A DNA stretch of 63,981 nucleotides, counting the filler, from a bacterium (GTDB lineage: Bacteria > JBBIVP01): NCBI GenBank assembly GCA_037439705.1. It is 5 parts of 5 records of this genome, joined end to end, with 100 filler letters (N's around TTAATTAATTAA, not from the genome) between each part and the next. Parts side by side here need not be neighbours in the genome. Positions count along the whole stretch, not along the records: positions 43,003 to 56,695 come from JBBIVP010000035.1; positions 56,796 to 63,981 come from JBBIVP010000111.1; 3 more parts are not named here. The stretch is one strand, 5' to 3'. Position numbers and translations under genes: made by a program. Every line of letters begins with the position of its first letter. The first letter of the stretch is position 1. Shown here one piece after another: positions 48,602-58,156 of this stretch. Under the pieces are notes generated by a model. It ran no database searches, was not told where the DNA came from, and saw only the letters and a list, made by a program, of their open reading frames with translations.

Positions 48602-49402
48602 TTATACAACAAGTCCTCCGCTTACATTTATCACCTGACCTGTTACATAATCAGATAGAGGGGATGCAAAGAACAAAAATACCTTGGCTATGTCAAGCGG
48701 GGTTGCGGGTCTTCCGAATGGTATCATCTTTATGGTGGCTTCCCTCTGTTCGGGAGGAACTCCAAGAATATCTCCTTCTTTTTTCGGAGCGGTGAGTCTT
48801 GTTTCTGTAAATCCGGGAGCAACGCAATTGCAGTTTATGTAGAAACTTCCCCATTCCCTTGCCACAACCTTCGTTATTCCTATAATTCCTTCCTTTGCAG
48901 CCACATAGTTTATCTGACCCGGATTTCCTCTCAGTGCAGCGGTGGAAGAGGTATTTATTATCTTTCTGTGCTTTATAATTCCCTTCTCCTTTTCCCTTTT
49001 TGCTACATCCCTCATATATGGAGCGGCTGCCTGAATGCAATTAAAGGTGCCCTTCAGGTTCACATTTATGACAAGGTCCCACCATTCCTCGGGCATCTTA
49101 TGGATCACTGCGTCTCTTGTTATTCCCGCAATGTTTGCGAGAATATCTATTGAGAAGTTTCAGAGCACACCTCCGCACTTCATAAGATTTTCACAGAAAA
49201 ATATTTTTCAAACATCGCAAATGAAGATCACAGCCTATCCGCCGATTTTTTCTATTTCCTTAAGCGTTTCCTTCAGGGGTTCCTCATCTATGTCGTTTAT
49301 GACCACTTTCGCTCCTTCCGTTGCAAAAAGGATTGCTGTCTCCCTTCCAATTCCTCTACCTGCACCTGTTACGACTGCGATTTTTCCATCAAGCATTCCC
49401 AT
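48602..49402 (-). pseudogene. FabG-like SDR with three in-frame stops (pseudogene or local consensus error)
   Basis: TGAGRGIG N-terminus in the same frame as NIAGITRD and YVAAK. Stops at 49237, 49210 and 49162. Confidence 0.7.
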
Positions 49403-49419
49403 ATCTTCCCCCTTTTTAG

Positions 49420-49507
49420 TGCCTGGGGCCGGACTTGAACCGGCACTCCGGGTTTAACCGGAAGAGGATTTTAAGTCCTCTGCGTCTACCTTTTCCGCCA
49501 CCCAGGC
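49420..49507 (-). tRNA. tRNA-Leu (anticodon TAA)
   Basis: GCCTGGG/CCCAGGC acceptor stem, GAGGA-CTTAAAA-TCCTC anticodon arm, long variable arm, GGTTCAAGTCC. Confidence 0.95.
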
Positions 49508-49553
49508 ACATTTATATTTTTACATCCAATTTTTATGAAATTCAAACTTAACT

Positions 49554-49582
49554 TTGAAATTTAAAGGATTATCATTTATAAT
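49554..49582 (+). promoter_or_regulatory. Sigma70-type promoter (candidate leaderless)
   Basis: TTGAAA-17 nt-TATAAT, 7 nt before ATG 49590. Confidence 0.7.
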
Positions 49583-49589
49583 TTTATCA

Positions 49590-51107
49590 ATGGACGAATT
49601 GAAAGGTGCAAGGACAATCCTTTTTTCAATTTTTAAATCAATAAAGGGGATGAGACTCTATCCCCCGAATCATCCTGCCCTTGAAAAGATATTGACAGAA
49701 TCCTACGGAGTGTTTCTGAAAGTTTTAAAAGAATTGGGAAGGATAAAAATTGATGTTCACAGGGAAGGATTTAGCGTAAGAGGACTCAATCCGGATGAAG
49801 AGAGAAAGTTTTCAGAACTTGCCNNNNNNNNNNTATTTGTAAGAGGAGTAAAAACATTGATGATTGATTCCTTCGTAAGTGTTGAGGATTTCAAAAAGTT
49901 TATTACCCTCTTCCAGATGGAACCGGAGGAGGTTATAAGAATGGGAGGGGCGGGAGAGATAATAACTTCAATGAAAATAAATGGAATAAGGGTTGAGGTG
50001 ATGGATTTTCTTCTTAAAGCGGAAGAGGAGATAGAGAAAGAAGGAAGGGGAGTGGAATATGGAGAGGAAGAGACGGAAGTTTCTATATCCCTTGAAGAAT
50101 TCAGTAAAGAGGAAAAGGATGTTCTCGCACTGGTGGAGAAGTTAAAGAAAATTTCTGACCTCAAAGAATATGAGAGCATTCTTAAACAAATTGTTAACAG
50201 GTGCCAGGAACTGGTAACCATGTCGGATTTCAAAATTCTTCCTGTTGTTTTTCTTGAATTCTCAAGGATTTTTATAGACCAGAAAAAACCACATGAGATA
50301 AGAAGGATTACCGGTGAGGCTGCGAGGTCTATTTCAAATGAAAGGGTTGTTGGTTATCTCATAAATAAGGTCAAAACTCTGTCAGCGGATGAACTGGTTG
50401 AATACGGAAATATATTTTTAATGATGGGTGAGACAACAATAAAATACATCCTTGAGAGCCTTTTCGTGGAGGAGTCCGTAAAAGGAAGAAGATTTATGGC
50501 AGAAATAATAATTCGTTTTGGAAAGAAGGCTATCCCTCACCTGACGCCATATCTCAACGATAAAAACTGGTTCGTTTTGAGAAACTGCTTATTCATTCTT
50601 GGCGAGATAGGTGATAGGAAAACAATTGAGCTGATTTACCGTTTTGCTTTCCACAAGGATGAAAGGGTTAAGAAAGAGGCAATAAATGCAATATCAAAAA
50701 TAAAGGTGCCCGAAGCCATTTCAACACTTCTTAAAATCCTTGATGAGGTAGATGATAAGACGAAGCCACTCCTGATAAGAGCATTAGGGGATACAAGGGA
50801 CAAAAGCATTGAGCCGATAATTTATAAGTTCATGTATTCGGATGATCTAAATATGAAAAAGGAATGCGTTCTTGCTATGGCAAAAATTTCGTCTCCTTAT
50901 GCCCTTCGTCTCGCAAAAAAGATAATTGAGTCCGCAAAACTTCCAAGGGATAAAGACCTGGTAGATTCCGCACTGACTGCAATAGAAATTGTTGGAACCC
51001 CTGAAGCAGTGGGCCTCCTTGAGGGTTATATTTTTGGAAAAAGAAATGATTTGAAAGAAAGAGCAATTGAAACCCTTTTCAGGATATCTGAAAGGATAGG
51101 TATCTGA
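49590..51107 (+). CDS. HEAT-repeat protein with an N-terminal LYPPNHP domain
   Basis: WFVLRN...LGEIG and RVKKEAI..I HEAT units. Start set at ATG 49590. Confidence 0.82.
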   Translation: MDELKGARTILFSIFKSIKGMRLYPPNHPALEKILTESYGVFLKVLKELGRIKIDVHREGFSVRGLNPDEERKFSELAXXXXFVRGVKTLMIDSFVSVEDFKKFITLFQMEPEEVIRMGGAGEIITSMKINGIRVEVMDFLLKAEEEIEKEGRGVEYGEEETEVSISLEEFSKEEKDVLALVEKLKKISDLKEYESILKQIVNRCQELVTMSDFKILPVVFLEFSRIFIDQKKPHEIRRITGEAARSISNERVVGYLINKVKTLSADELVEYGNIFLMMGETTIKYILESLFVEESVKGRRFMAEIIIRFGKKAIPHLTPYLNDKNWFVLRNCLFILGEIGDRKTIELIYRFAFHKDERVKKEAINAISKIKVPEAISTLLKILDEVDDKTKPLLIRALGDTRDKSIEPIIYKFMYSDDLNMKKECVLAMAKISSPYALRLAKKIIESAKLPRDKDLVDSALTAIEIVGTPEAVGLLEGYIFGKRNDLKERAIETLFRISERIGI

Positions 51108-52459
51108 TGACAAAGTTTGAAGAAGACATTGTTAACTCTTTAAATGCTCTTATGATGAACATAGAACTTTATCCCCCAAATCATCCATCACTTATAAGGG
51201 CTGGTGAGAAGGCTGTTGAATACCTCCGTCCCATTCTTTTTGAAAAGGGTTCTTCCTATATAGCCATAAAAGAAGGACTTATCGCCTTTAATGGAATTCC
51301 AATCTACTCAATTCAGTCTGCAAAGGTGCTGGGGAGAATCCTTGCAACCATAAAAATAGGTGGAATTGAATTCAAAAGAGGAATTTCTTCCGAAGAGATA
51401 ATAAAGTTTTTTTCCCTTCTCTCAACTCTAAAATCAAGCGGTGAGCAGGCTGTGAAAGATATAGAGAAAAGTCTGGAAATGCTCGCCATAAAACACATAT
51501 CAGTGTATCCGGAAGAGGTTGAGGATATAAAGGATAGGGCGAGGAAGGCATATAAAGATGCGAAGAAAACAGTAATGGAAATAATGAACGAAGCGAGGCT
51601 CGGAAGGGTCTCAAGCAGCAGGAATGCCATAAGGGTTATAACTGAATTTAACAACATCCTCACAAAAAATAAAAACATCCTCTTTGGAATGGTTATGATT
51701 CAACACTTTGACGAATATACATTTTCTCACTGCGTGAATGTGGGGATAATCAGTATGGCAGTGGCAAAAGCTATGAACATGAGCAACGAGGAGGTTATGA
51801 AAATAGGGCTCGGAGGATTCATGCACGATATAGGGAAGGTTCATACACCTAAGAACATAATTTTGAAACCAGCACCGCTCACACCAGAAGAGTGGGCAAT
51901 AATGCAGAAACATCCTGTGGATGGAGCAAGGATAGTTCAGGAGATGGATGATATTCCAAAAGTTGTCTCCATTTATGTCTATCAGCATCATGTGGGATAC
52001 GACCTTTCCGGTTATCCAAAACTGAAACCCGGAGAAAGGCAATTAAAGGAAGCCAACCTCATTCAGATTGCTGATACATACGATTCAATGACCACGCAGA
52101 GACCATACCAGAAGAGGTTCGACCCGAAAGAGGCGATAGACATTATGAGAAGAAAGGTTGGAAAGGGTTTCAGCGATGAACTTTTTGATGCTTTCGTCAA
52201 TGCCATTGGAATTTATCCTGTGGGTTCAATTGTTCGGCTTGATACTAATGAAATAGCGGTGGTCACCCAGTTGAATCCGAAGGACCCATTAATACCAACT
52301 GTTCAGATAATTTTTGATTCCTTTGGGAGAAGATTAAAGGAACCTGTTGAGGTTTCTCTTGATGAAAGAAGAGAAGGAGGGGGGTTCAAGCGGAGCATAG
52401 TTAAGACGGTTGATTCCCTCACGCAGGGTTTGATAAACATATCATCATTCTTTGAATAA
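51107..52459 (+). CDS. HD-GYP cyclic dinucleotide phosphodiesterase
   Basis: YTFSH, HDIGK, HP, HH...GYP, IADTYD, RPY. Confidence 0.92.
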   Translation: MTKFEEDIVNSLNALMMNIELYPPNHPSLIRAGEKAVEYLRPILFEKGSSYIAIKEGLIAFNGIPIYSIQSAKVLGRILATIKIGGIEFKRGISSEEIIKFFSLLSTLKSSGEQAVKDIEKSLEMLAIKHISVYPEEVEDIKDRARKAYKDAKKTVMEIMNEARLGRVSSSRNAIRVITEFNNILTKNKNILFGMVMIQHFDEYTFSHCVNVGIISMAVAKAMNMSNEEVMKIGLGGFMHDIGKVHTPKNIILKPAPLTPEEWAIMQKHPVDGARIVQEMDDIPKVVSIYVYQHHVGYDLSGYPKLKPGERQLKEANLIQIADTYDSMTTQRPYQKRFDPKEAIDIMRRKVGKGFSDELFDAFVNAIGIYPVGSIVRLDTNEIAVVTQLNPKDPLIPTVQIIFDSFGRRLKEPVEVSLDERREGGGFKRSIVKTVDSLTQGLINISSFFE

Positions 52460-53446
52460 TTTTTTCTGAAAGCTCAATTCTATTTCGTCAGAAATTTCAT
52501 CTGGAGAAGGGGTTGCGGTCCCTGTTTTTCCCACAACAATGCTTGCACCTATGGAAGCAAGGTAGGCACAACTTCTTATGTCTCCTTCTACATCGATACC
52601 TGCTGAAATTATTCCTGCAACTGTATCTCCGGCTCCAGCCACATCATAAACCTCCCTCAAAACCGCTGGAATTCTTTCAACTCTTTTCTTCCCTATGAGA
52701 ATCATCCCCTTTTCTCCCCTTTTTATAAGAACCCATGTGAAGTTTCCTTTTCTCATCAAAATCTTCCCAGCCTTTTCACAGCCTGCTTCATCAGAGGTTA
52801 AAATTCCTGATATTTCCTGTGCTTCCTTAGCATTGGGAAGAAGGAGTAAAGACCCCTTATAGAGTGGAAAGTTTCTGGAAAATGGGTCCACTATAACCCT
52901 TGAAAAATTGCTTTTTACAAAATCCTTAATTTTTTGTGTTATAACACCTTTTCCATAATCCGATATAAGAACAGTCTTGAATTTTTCCTTCAATTCCTTC
53001 AGTCTCTCAATTATTTCAAATTCGGTAGTCCTCTCAATCTGGTGTGTATCTTCTCTGTCAAATCTCACAATATGCTGGGAATGGGAAATCACGCGGGTTT
53101 TTGTTGTTGTCTGCCTCTTTTCCTTTATGAGATAATATCCCATTCTTTCCTGAACGATTTCCTTTAACTTCTTTCCCTCCTCATCGTTGCCTATGACCCC
53201 TATTAAATAAGCGATGCCTCCTATTGAGCATATATTCATTGCAGCATTTCCTGCACCGCCCGGCATTTCCTTTGTTTCAACAACTTTTACCACAGGAACA
53301 GGTGCCTCAGGGGATAACCTTTCAGATATTCCATAAATGTATCTATCAAGCATCACATCACCTATAACAAGAACTTTTGACTTTTTAATCTCTGAAAGAA
53401 GAGCTTTCAGTTTTTCCTTTAAGCCTTTTTCACCACCTCTTTCCAT
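52445..53446 (-). CDS. Heptose-7-phosphate kinase (RfaE/HldE domain I, stand-alone)
   Basis: GDVMLD, RLSPEAPVPV, SDYGKG, DVAGAGD. Confidence 0.88.
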   Translation of the reverse strand: MERGGEKGLKEKLKALLSEIKKSKVLVIGDVMLDRYIYGISERLSPEAPVPVVKVVETKEMPGGAGNAAMNICSIGGIAYLIGVIGNDEEGKKLKEIVQERMGYYLIKEKRQTTTKTRVISHSQHIVRFDREDTHQIERTTEFEIIERLKELKEKFKTVLISDYGKGVITQKIKDFVKSNFSRVIVDPFSRNFPLYKGSLLLLPNAKEAQEISGILTSDEAGCEKAGKILMRKGNFTWVLIKRGEKGMILIGKKRVERIPAVLREVYDVAGAGDTVAGIISAGIDVEGDIRSCAYLASIGASIVVGKTGTATPSPDEISDEIELSFQKKLFKE

Positions 53447-54870
53447 AACATAAGCCTTTCTTTTCTTTCCTTCTCATTCATGGACGGGATAAATTCTCTT
53501 TCAAAAACCCATACCTTTGTCAGCTCTTCCAGTGAGGAGAAAATTCTAACTCCCAATCCAGCAAGCATTCCTGCTCCGAGTGCGGTGGTTTCAAGGATTT
53601 TGGGTCTTACAATTTTCTTTCCGGTTATATCAGCCTGAAATTGCATAAGAATGTTGTTCACCGAAGCACCTCCGTCCACCTTCATTACCTTTGTTTTTTT
53701 GCCGAGGTCTTTTTCCATACTTTCAAGAAGTTCCTGAACCTGAAACGCTATACCTTCAAGAGCAGCCCTTGCAATATGCTCCCTTGTTGTATCCCTTGTT
53801 ATACCCCATATAATTCCTCTTGCAGAACTTCTCCAGTGAGGAGCGCCAAGACCCACAAACGCAGGCACAAAAACAACTCCTCCGCTTGTTTCTCCTGCTA
53901 CTTTTTCTATTTCCGATGAAGAGTTTATTATTCTCAAACCATCTCTCAACCACTGAACAACAGCACCTGCTATGAACGAACTCCCCTCAAGGGCATAGGT
54001 GACATTTTCTTTAATCTTCCATGCGATAGTGGTGAGGAGCCGATGTTTTGATTTCACAGGTTTTTTTCCAGTATTCATGAGAAGAAACGCTCCTGTTCCG
54101 TATGTGCATTTTGAATCTCCCTCTTTAAAACAACACTGCCCGAAAAGTGCTGCCTGCTGGTCTCCAGCAATACCTGAAATTGGTATTCCGTCTGGAAGCG
54201 GGGAAGCGTTTTTTGTTTTGCCAAAAATTCCAGAGGAAGGAAAAACCTCCGGCAAAAATTCCCTTTTTATTCTTAAAAGTTTTAAAAGGTCCTCATCCCA
54301 TTTAAGGGATTTTATGTTGAAAAGCATCGTCCTTGAAGCATTGCTCACATCTGTTCCGTGAACTTCTCCACCTGTGAGTTTAAAAAGTAGCCAGCTGTCA
54401 ATTGTTCCAAAAGCGAGATCCTTTGAAGGGATTCCATTTTTTAAAAGCCATGCAATTTTTGTGGCTGAAAAATAGGGGTCTATCACAAGCCCTGTCTTTT
54501 CGGTTATAGTTTTTTCAAGACCTCTCTTTTTCAGTCTCTCGCAAATTTTCTCGGTCCTTCTGCACTGCCATACAATTGCCTTTCCATGGGGTTTACCTGT
54601 TTTTCTATCCCAGGCAACCACTGTTTCTCTTTGATTTGTTATCCCGATGGAAGCTATTTTTCCCGGGTCGATTTTGCTTTTTTCAATGGCAAGCCTTACA
54701 GCATTCATTGTCTTTTCGTATATTTCCTCCGGATCGTGCTCAACCCATCCCTTATTCGGATAAAACTGTGAAATCTCAAGGGAAACCTTCTCAATCACCT
54801 CAAGGGAAGAAGAAATAAGTATGACTGTTGTTGCGGTGGTTCCCTCATCAATTGCCAGAATGTATTCCAT
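53419..54870 (-). CDS. glpK: Glycerol kinase
   Basis: DEGTT, TNQRET, WQCRRT, YFSATK, GDQQAALFG, TYGTG. Confidence 0.96.
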   Translation of the reverse strand: MEYILAIDEGTTATTVILISSSLEVIEKVSLEISQFYPNKGWVEHDPEEIYEKTMNAVRLAIEKSKIDPGKIASIGITNQRETVVAWDRKTGKPHGKAIVWQCRRTEKICERLKKRGLEKTITEKTGLVIDPYFSATKIAWLLKNGIPSKDLAFGTIDSWLLFKLTGGEVHGTDVSNASRTMLFNIKSLKWDEDLLKLLRIKREFLPEVFPSSGIFGKTKNASPLPDGIPISGIAGDQQAALFGQCCFKEGDSKCTYGTGAFLLMNTGKKPVKSKHRLLTTIAWKIKENVTYALEGSSFIAGAVVQWLRDGLRIINSSSEIEKVAGETSGGVVFVPAFVGLGAPHWRSSARGIIWGITRDTTREHIARAALEGIAFQVQELLESMEKDLGKKTKVMKVDGGASVNNILMQFQADITGKKIVRPKILETTALGAGMLAGLGVRIFSSLEELTKVWVFEREFIPSMNEKERKERLMLWKEVVKKA

Positions 54871-55459
54871 TTTCTTCCTCCTTTTTGTAATTTATTCCCA
54901 CAAGATATACTTCTTTTGCAGACCTCATTGATGCAGAAGGTTTTATGGTTTTAACCATTTCAAATTGCTTTTTCATTTCCTTCAAAATCTCAGGAAACCT
55001 TTCTCCATAAAATGCCTTAACAACGCCAATTCCTCCATTTTTCAGGAATTTCTTTACCACTTTTATGAAAGCAAGAAAAAGTTCAAAGCTTCTTTCCTGG
55101 TCGGTATCAGGAATTCCTGAAATTTTCGGAGACATATCAGAAAAGACCGCATCCGCGTAGGAAATAATCGTTTTTATCCTTTCCATTGTATTGGTATCCA
55201 GAATATCTCCCTTTATGAAAAAGAACCTCTTATCATCAATGGCAGTTTCTTTTAAATCCACTCCCACTACCCGATTTGCCCTCTTCAAAAGAAATGAAGA
55301 CCATCCTCCCGGAAAGCAACCGAGGTCTATAACTGCTCCAAACCTTCTTTTTATTACCGTATCAACTATCTCTTCAATCTTGAAAAAAGCCCTTGAGGGA
55401 ACCTTCTTTTTGTGAGCGAGGGAATGAAATTTTTCCTTCTCACTATAATCCCTTTTCAC
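54848..55459 (-). CDS. rlmE: 23S rRNA 2'-O-methyltransferase RlmE/FtsJ
   Basis: SRAFFK, DLGCFPGGW, SDMSP, KP.AS...EVY. Confidence 0.9.
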   Translation of the reverse strand: MKRDYSEKEKFHSLAHKKKVPSRAFFKIEEIVDTVIKRRFGAVIDLGCFPGGWSSFLLKRANRVVGVDLKETAIDDKRFFFIKGDILDTNTMERIKTIISYADAVFSDMSPKISGIPDTDQERSFELFLAFIKVVKKFLKNGGIGVVKAFYGERFPEILKEMKKQFEMVKTIKPSASMRSAKEVYLVGINYKKEEENGIHSGN

Positions 55460-56381
55460 TTCTGTTCCTCATGTATATGAAAGAAAAGATGCCGACGGAA
55501 AATAGAATCAGGCTTGTGAACTGCGGAATTGAAAAAGGACCGATGTTTCCCCTGTCATCTCCTCTGAAGAACTCAATTATGAACCTGAAAACAGGATATG
55601 TAAGAAGATAAAGGGATGCTCCCATTCCTCTGAATTGCCTTTTTCTGAGAGGAGAAAGAAGTTTTGAAAGAAAAAACTTAAACCAAAAAAAAACAGAAAT
55701 GAAAATTATAAATATGGAGAGGTCAAGGATTGGATTGAAGGGGAAATCGTATGCGTAAAACCTTACAAGGAAAAAGAAGACGAGCGCATATATGTCATAG
55801 ATGCTCAAAATTTTTTCCTCCATTGATGCCATCAGAATCAGAAATACCACATAATTGGCAAAGGAAGAGTATATCTGTGTAGGATGAAGCGGGATATCAA
55901 GTGGAGCAATTGAACCTATTTCTTTAAATTTCACTCCTATTTTTGAGAGGGTAATTTCTCCGTAACAGCATCCTGCCGAAAAACATCCCCACCTTCCAAT
56001 TGAAAGTCCCATAGCAGCCGCAGGAGCAAGGGCATCAAGGAGTTTAATGAAATCAATTTTTCTCAAAACGGAGTATATAAAACATGTAATAATGGAGAGT
56101 AAAAATCCCCCGTACCAGACGAATCCGCCTTCCCATATTTTGAGCACACTTAAGGGTTTGTCTTTGAAGAGTTCGGGTTCTGATATTGCAAAGAAAATCC
56201 TTGCGCCGAGAAGTCCTGAAAGGACGACAAAAAATGAGAGGTCAATCATCTTTACAGGTTCTATTCCGAACCTTTCACCTTCTTTTATAGCGATGGAAAT
56301 TCCAACGATAAAACCAACCGCAACAAGTATTCCGTATGTGTAGATTTCTATCCCGAATATCTTAAATAAAACAGGATGCAT
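55443..56381 (-). CDS. lgt: Prolipoprotein diacylglyceryl transferase
   Basis: MHPVL, WEGG..YGG, GRWGCF.AGCCYG, HPTQ.Y, RF.IEFFR. Confidence 0.92.
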   Translation of the reverse strand: MHPVLFKIFGIEIYTYGILVAVGFIVGISIAIKEGERFGIEPVKMIDLSFFVVLSGLLGARIFFAISEPELFKDKPLSVLKIWEGGFVWYGGFLLSIITCFIYSVLRKIDFIKLLDALAPAAAMGLSIGRWGCFSAGCCYGEITLSKIGVKFKEIGSIAPLDIPLHPTQIYSSFANYVVFLILMASMEEKILSIYDIYALVFFFLVRFYAYDFPFNPILDLSIFIIFISVFFWFKFFLSKLLSPLRKRQFRGMGASLYLLTYPVFRFIIEFFRGDDRGNIGPFSIPQFTSLILFSVGIFSFIYMRNRSEKGL

Positions 56382-56695
56382 AAACTAAATTTAACATTTT
56401 TTAGGAGGATTTCAAGGGGATGCACTTATGCGTCATTTTACAATTTTGAATTGGATAATTAAGGGGGGTTTTTAAATCATGGATTTTGAAAAGAGTGTTC
56501 TGAAAAAGTGGGTTTTTTTGTAGATTTTTTTGAAGGGATTTTTGATTTCCTTGACATAAGACAAAATTAAAATTTTTAAATGGGCAAAAATTTCAATTTT
56601 CACAAACCAATACAATCTCCAGACCTTTTGCCCTGGCCAGAGTTCAAGCACGATATAAAAAACACTGGATTTTACACAGGAAATCCAAATCCACC

Positions 56696-56795
56696 NNNNN
56701 NNNNNNNNNNNNNNNNNNNNNNNNNNNNNNNNNNNNNNNTTAATTAATTAANNNNNNNNNNNNNNNNNNNNNNNNNNNNNNNNNNNNNNNNNNNN
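56696..56795. other. Artificial contig linker
   Basis: N44-TTAATTAATTAA-N44. Confidence 0.98.
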
Positions 56796-56796
56796 T

Positions 56797-56955
56797 AGAT
56801 TTGAGGGGCATCCGAACCTCAAAAGAATCCTCAATCCGGAAGGATTTGAAGAACATCCATTGAGAAAGGAATTTCCTTACAGAGGAAAAATTCCGAGAAG
56901 AGAAAAATATCATCCTGAGGATAAAAGGTTTGTAGAAGGAGAATTCTGGTTCTGA
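56797..56955 (+). CDS. nuoC: NADH-quinone oxidoreductase subunit C, 3' fragment
   Basis: Manual translation gives [11 protein letters not shown]...HPLRKEFP. Confidence 0.9.
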   Translation, partial: RFEGHPNLKRILNPEGFEEHPLRKEFPYRGKIPRREKYHPEDKRFVEGEFWF

Positions 56956-56956
56956 A

Positions 56957-58156
56957 ATGAAAGAAGGAAGAATGATAATAAACATCGGTCCTTCCCATCC
57001 CTCAACACATGGTGCTTTCAGAATGATAACGGAGATTGAAGGGGAAGTAATTATAAACTGTGAGGTTGAAATTGGATATGTGCACAGGGGCGTGGAAAAG
57101 TTTGCAGAAAACCTGACATACAAACAGATTTTACCCCTTACGGACAGGTTAAATTATGTTTCCGCGATAATGAACAATATCGGATATGTTACAGCCATTG
57201 AAAGGTTCATGAATATTGATGTTCCCAGAAAGGCACAGTACATAAGGGTGATTTTAAATGAGTTAGCAAGAATTTCAGACCACCTTACATGCATAGGTCC
57301 GAATGTGGTTGACCTCGGAGCACTCACTCCCTTCTGGTATTTCTTCAAGGAGAGGGAAAGGGTTTATGAAATAATTGAGATGTGGACAGGAGCGAGGCTT
57401 ACAACTTCATATCCATGGGTCGGTGGATTGCAGAGAGACCATCCCTGGGTTGGTGGATTCACCAGCGAGATACCCGATGGATTTGAGAAAAAGGTTAGAA
57501 GTTTTCTAAAAACCATGAAATCTACAATTGATGATGTTGAGGAATTGCTCACAGGAAATCGCATATTCATTGAGAGAACGAAGGGGATAGGAGTTATGCC
57601 GGCTGAAAAAGCCCTTGAATACGGATGGACAGGGCCATGTCTCCGTGCATCAGGAGTTGCGTGGGATTTAAGAAAGGTTGAACCATATATGTGCTACGAT
57701 GAGTTTCAATTTGAGGTTCCTGTGGGTGAAAACGGTGATACCTACGACAGATATTTGGTCAGGATGGAAGAGATAAGACAGAGCCTCAGAATTGTGGAAC
57801 AGGCAATTGATGGTATACCGGAGGGTCCGATTATGACTTTAGACCCGAGAGTTGCGTTTCCGCCGAAAAAACAGGTTTATTCTACAATTGAAGGACTCAT
57901 AAGGCAGTTTGAACTTGTGATGTACGACATTCAGGTCCCTCCCGGCGAATTCTATTATGCAGTGGAAGCAGCAAACGGAGAACTTGGTTTTTATATTGTA
58001 AGCGATGGAACCGGAAAACCCTACCGGTTCAGGATAAGACCGCCATGTTTTGCCATTTACCAGGCATTTCCGTATCTTGTGAAGGGATTGAAAATAGCGG
58101 ACCTCATTGCAATTCTTGGAAGTTTGAACATAATAGCGGGAGAGCTTGACAGATGA
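56957..58156 (+). CDS. nuoD: NADH-quinone oxidoreductase subunit D
   Basis: GPSHPSTHG, GYVHRG.EK, GELDR. Confidence 0.96.
   Translation: MKEGRMIINIGPSHPSTHGAFRMITEIEGEVIINCEVEIGYVHRGVEKFAENLTYKQILPLTDRLNYVSAIMNNIGYVTAIERFMNIDVPRKAQYIRVILNELARISDHLTCIGPNVVDLGALTPFWYFFKERERVYEIIEMWTGARLTTSYPWVGGLQRDHPWVGGFTSEIPDGFEKKVRSFLKTMKSTIDDVEELLTGNRIFIERTKGIGVMPAEKALEYGWTGPCLRASGVAWDLRKVEPYMCYDEFQFEVPVGENGDTYDRYLVRMEEIRQSLRIVEQAIDGIPEGPIMTLDPRVAFPPKKQVYSTIEGLIRQFELVMYDIQVPPGEFYYAVEAANGELGFYIVSDGTGKPYRFRIRPPCFAIYQAFPYLVKGLKIADLIAILGSLNIIAGELDR

Noticed and set aside
49160-49237. Stop-codon reassignment or Pyl/Sec read-through in the SDR
   Set aside because: Mixed TAG and TGA stops in one degenerate patch, and both codons terminate other genes in the window normally.
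12759-49507. tRNA-anchored genomic islands at either tRNA-Leu
   Set aside because: No integrase or duplicated tRNA 3' end seen; the flanks are housekeeping genes.
14504-56795. TTAATTAATTAA recurring four times as a biological repeat or att site
   Set aside because: Always centred in exactly 44+44 N. It is a six-frame-stop contig linker.
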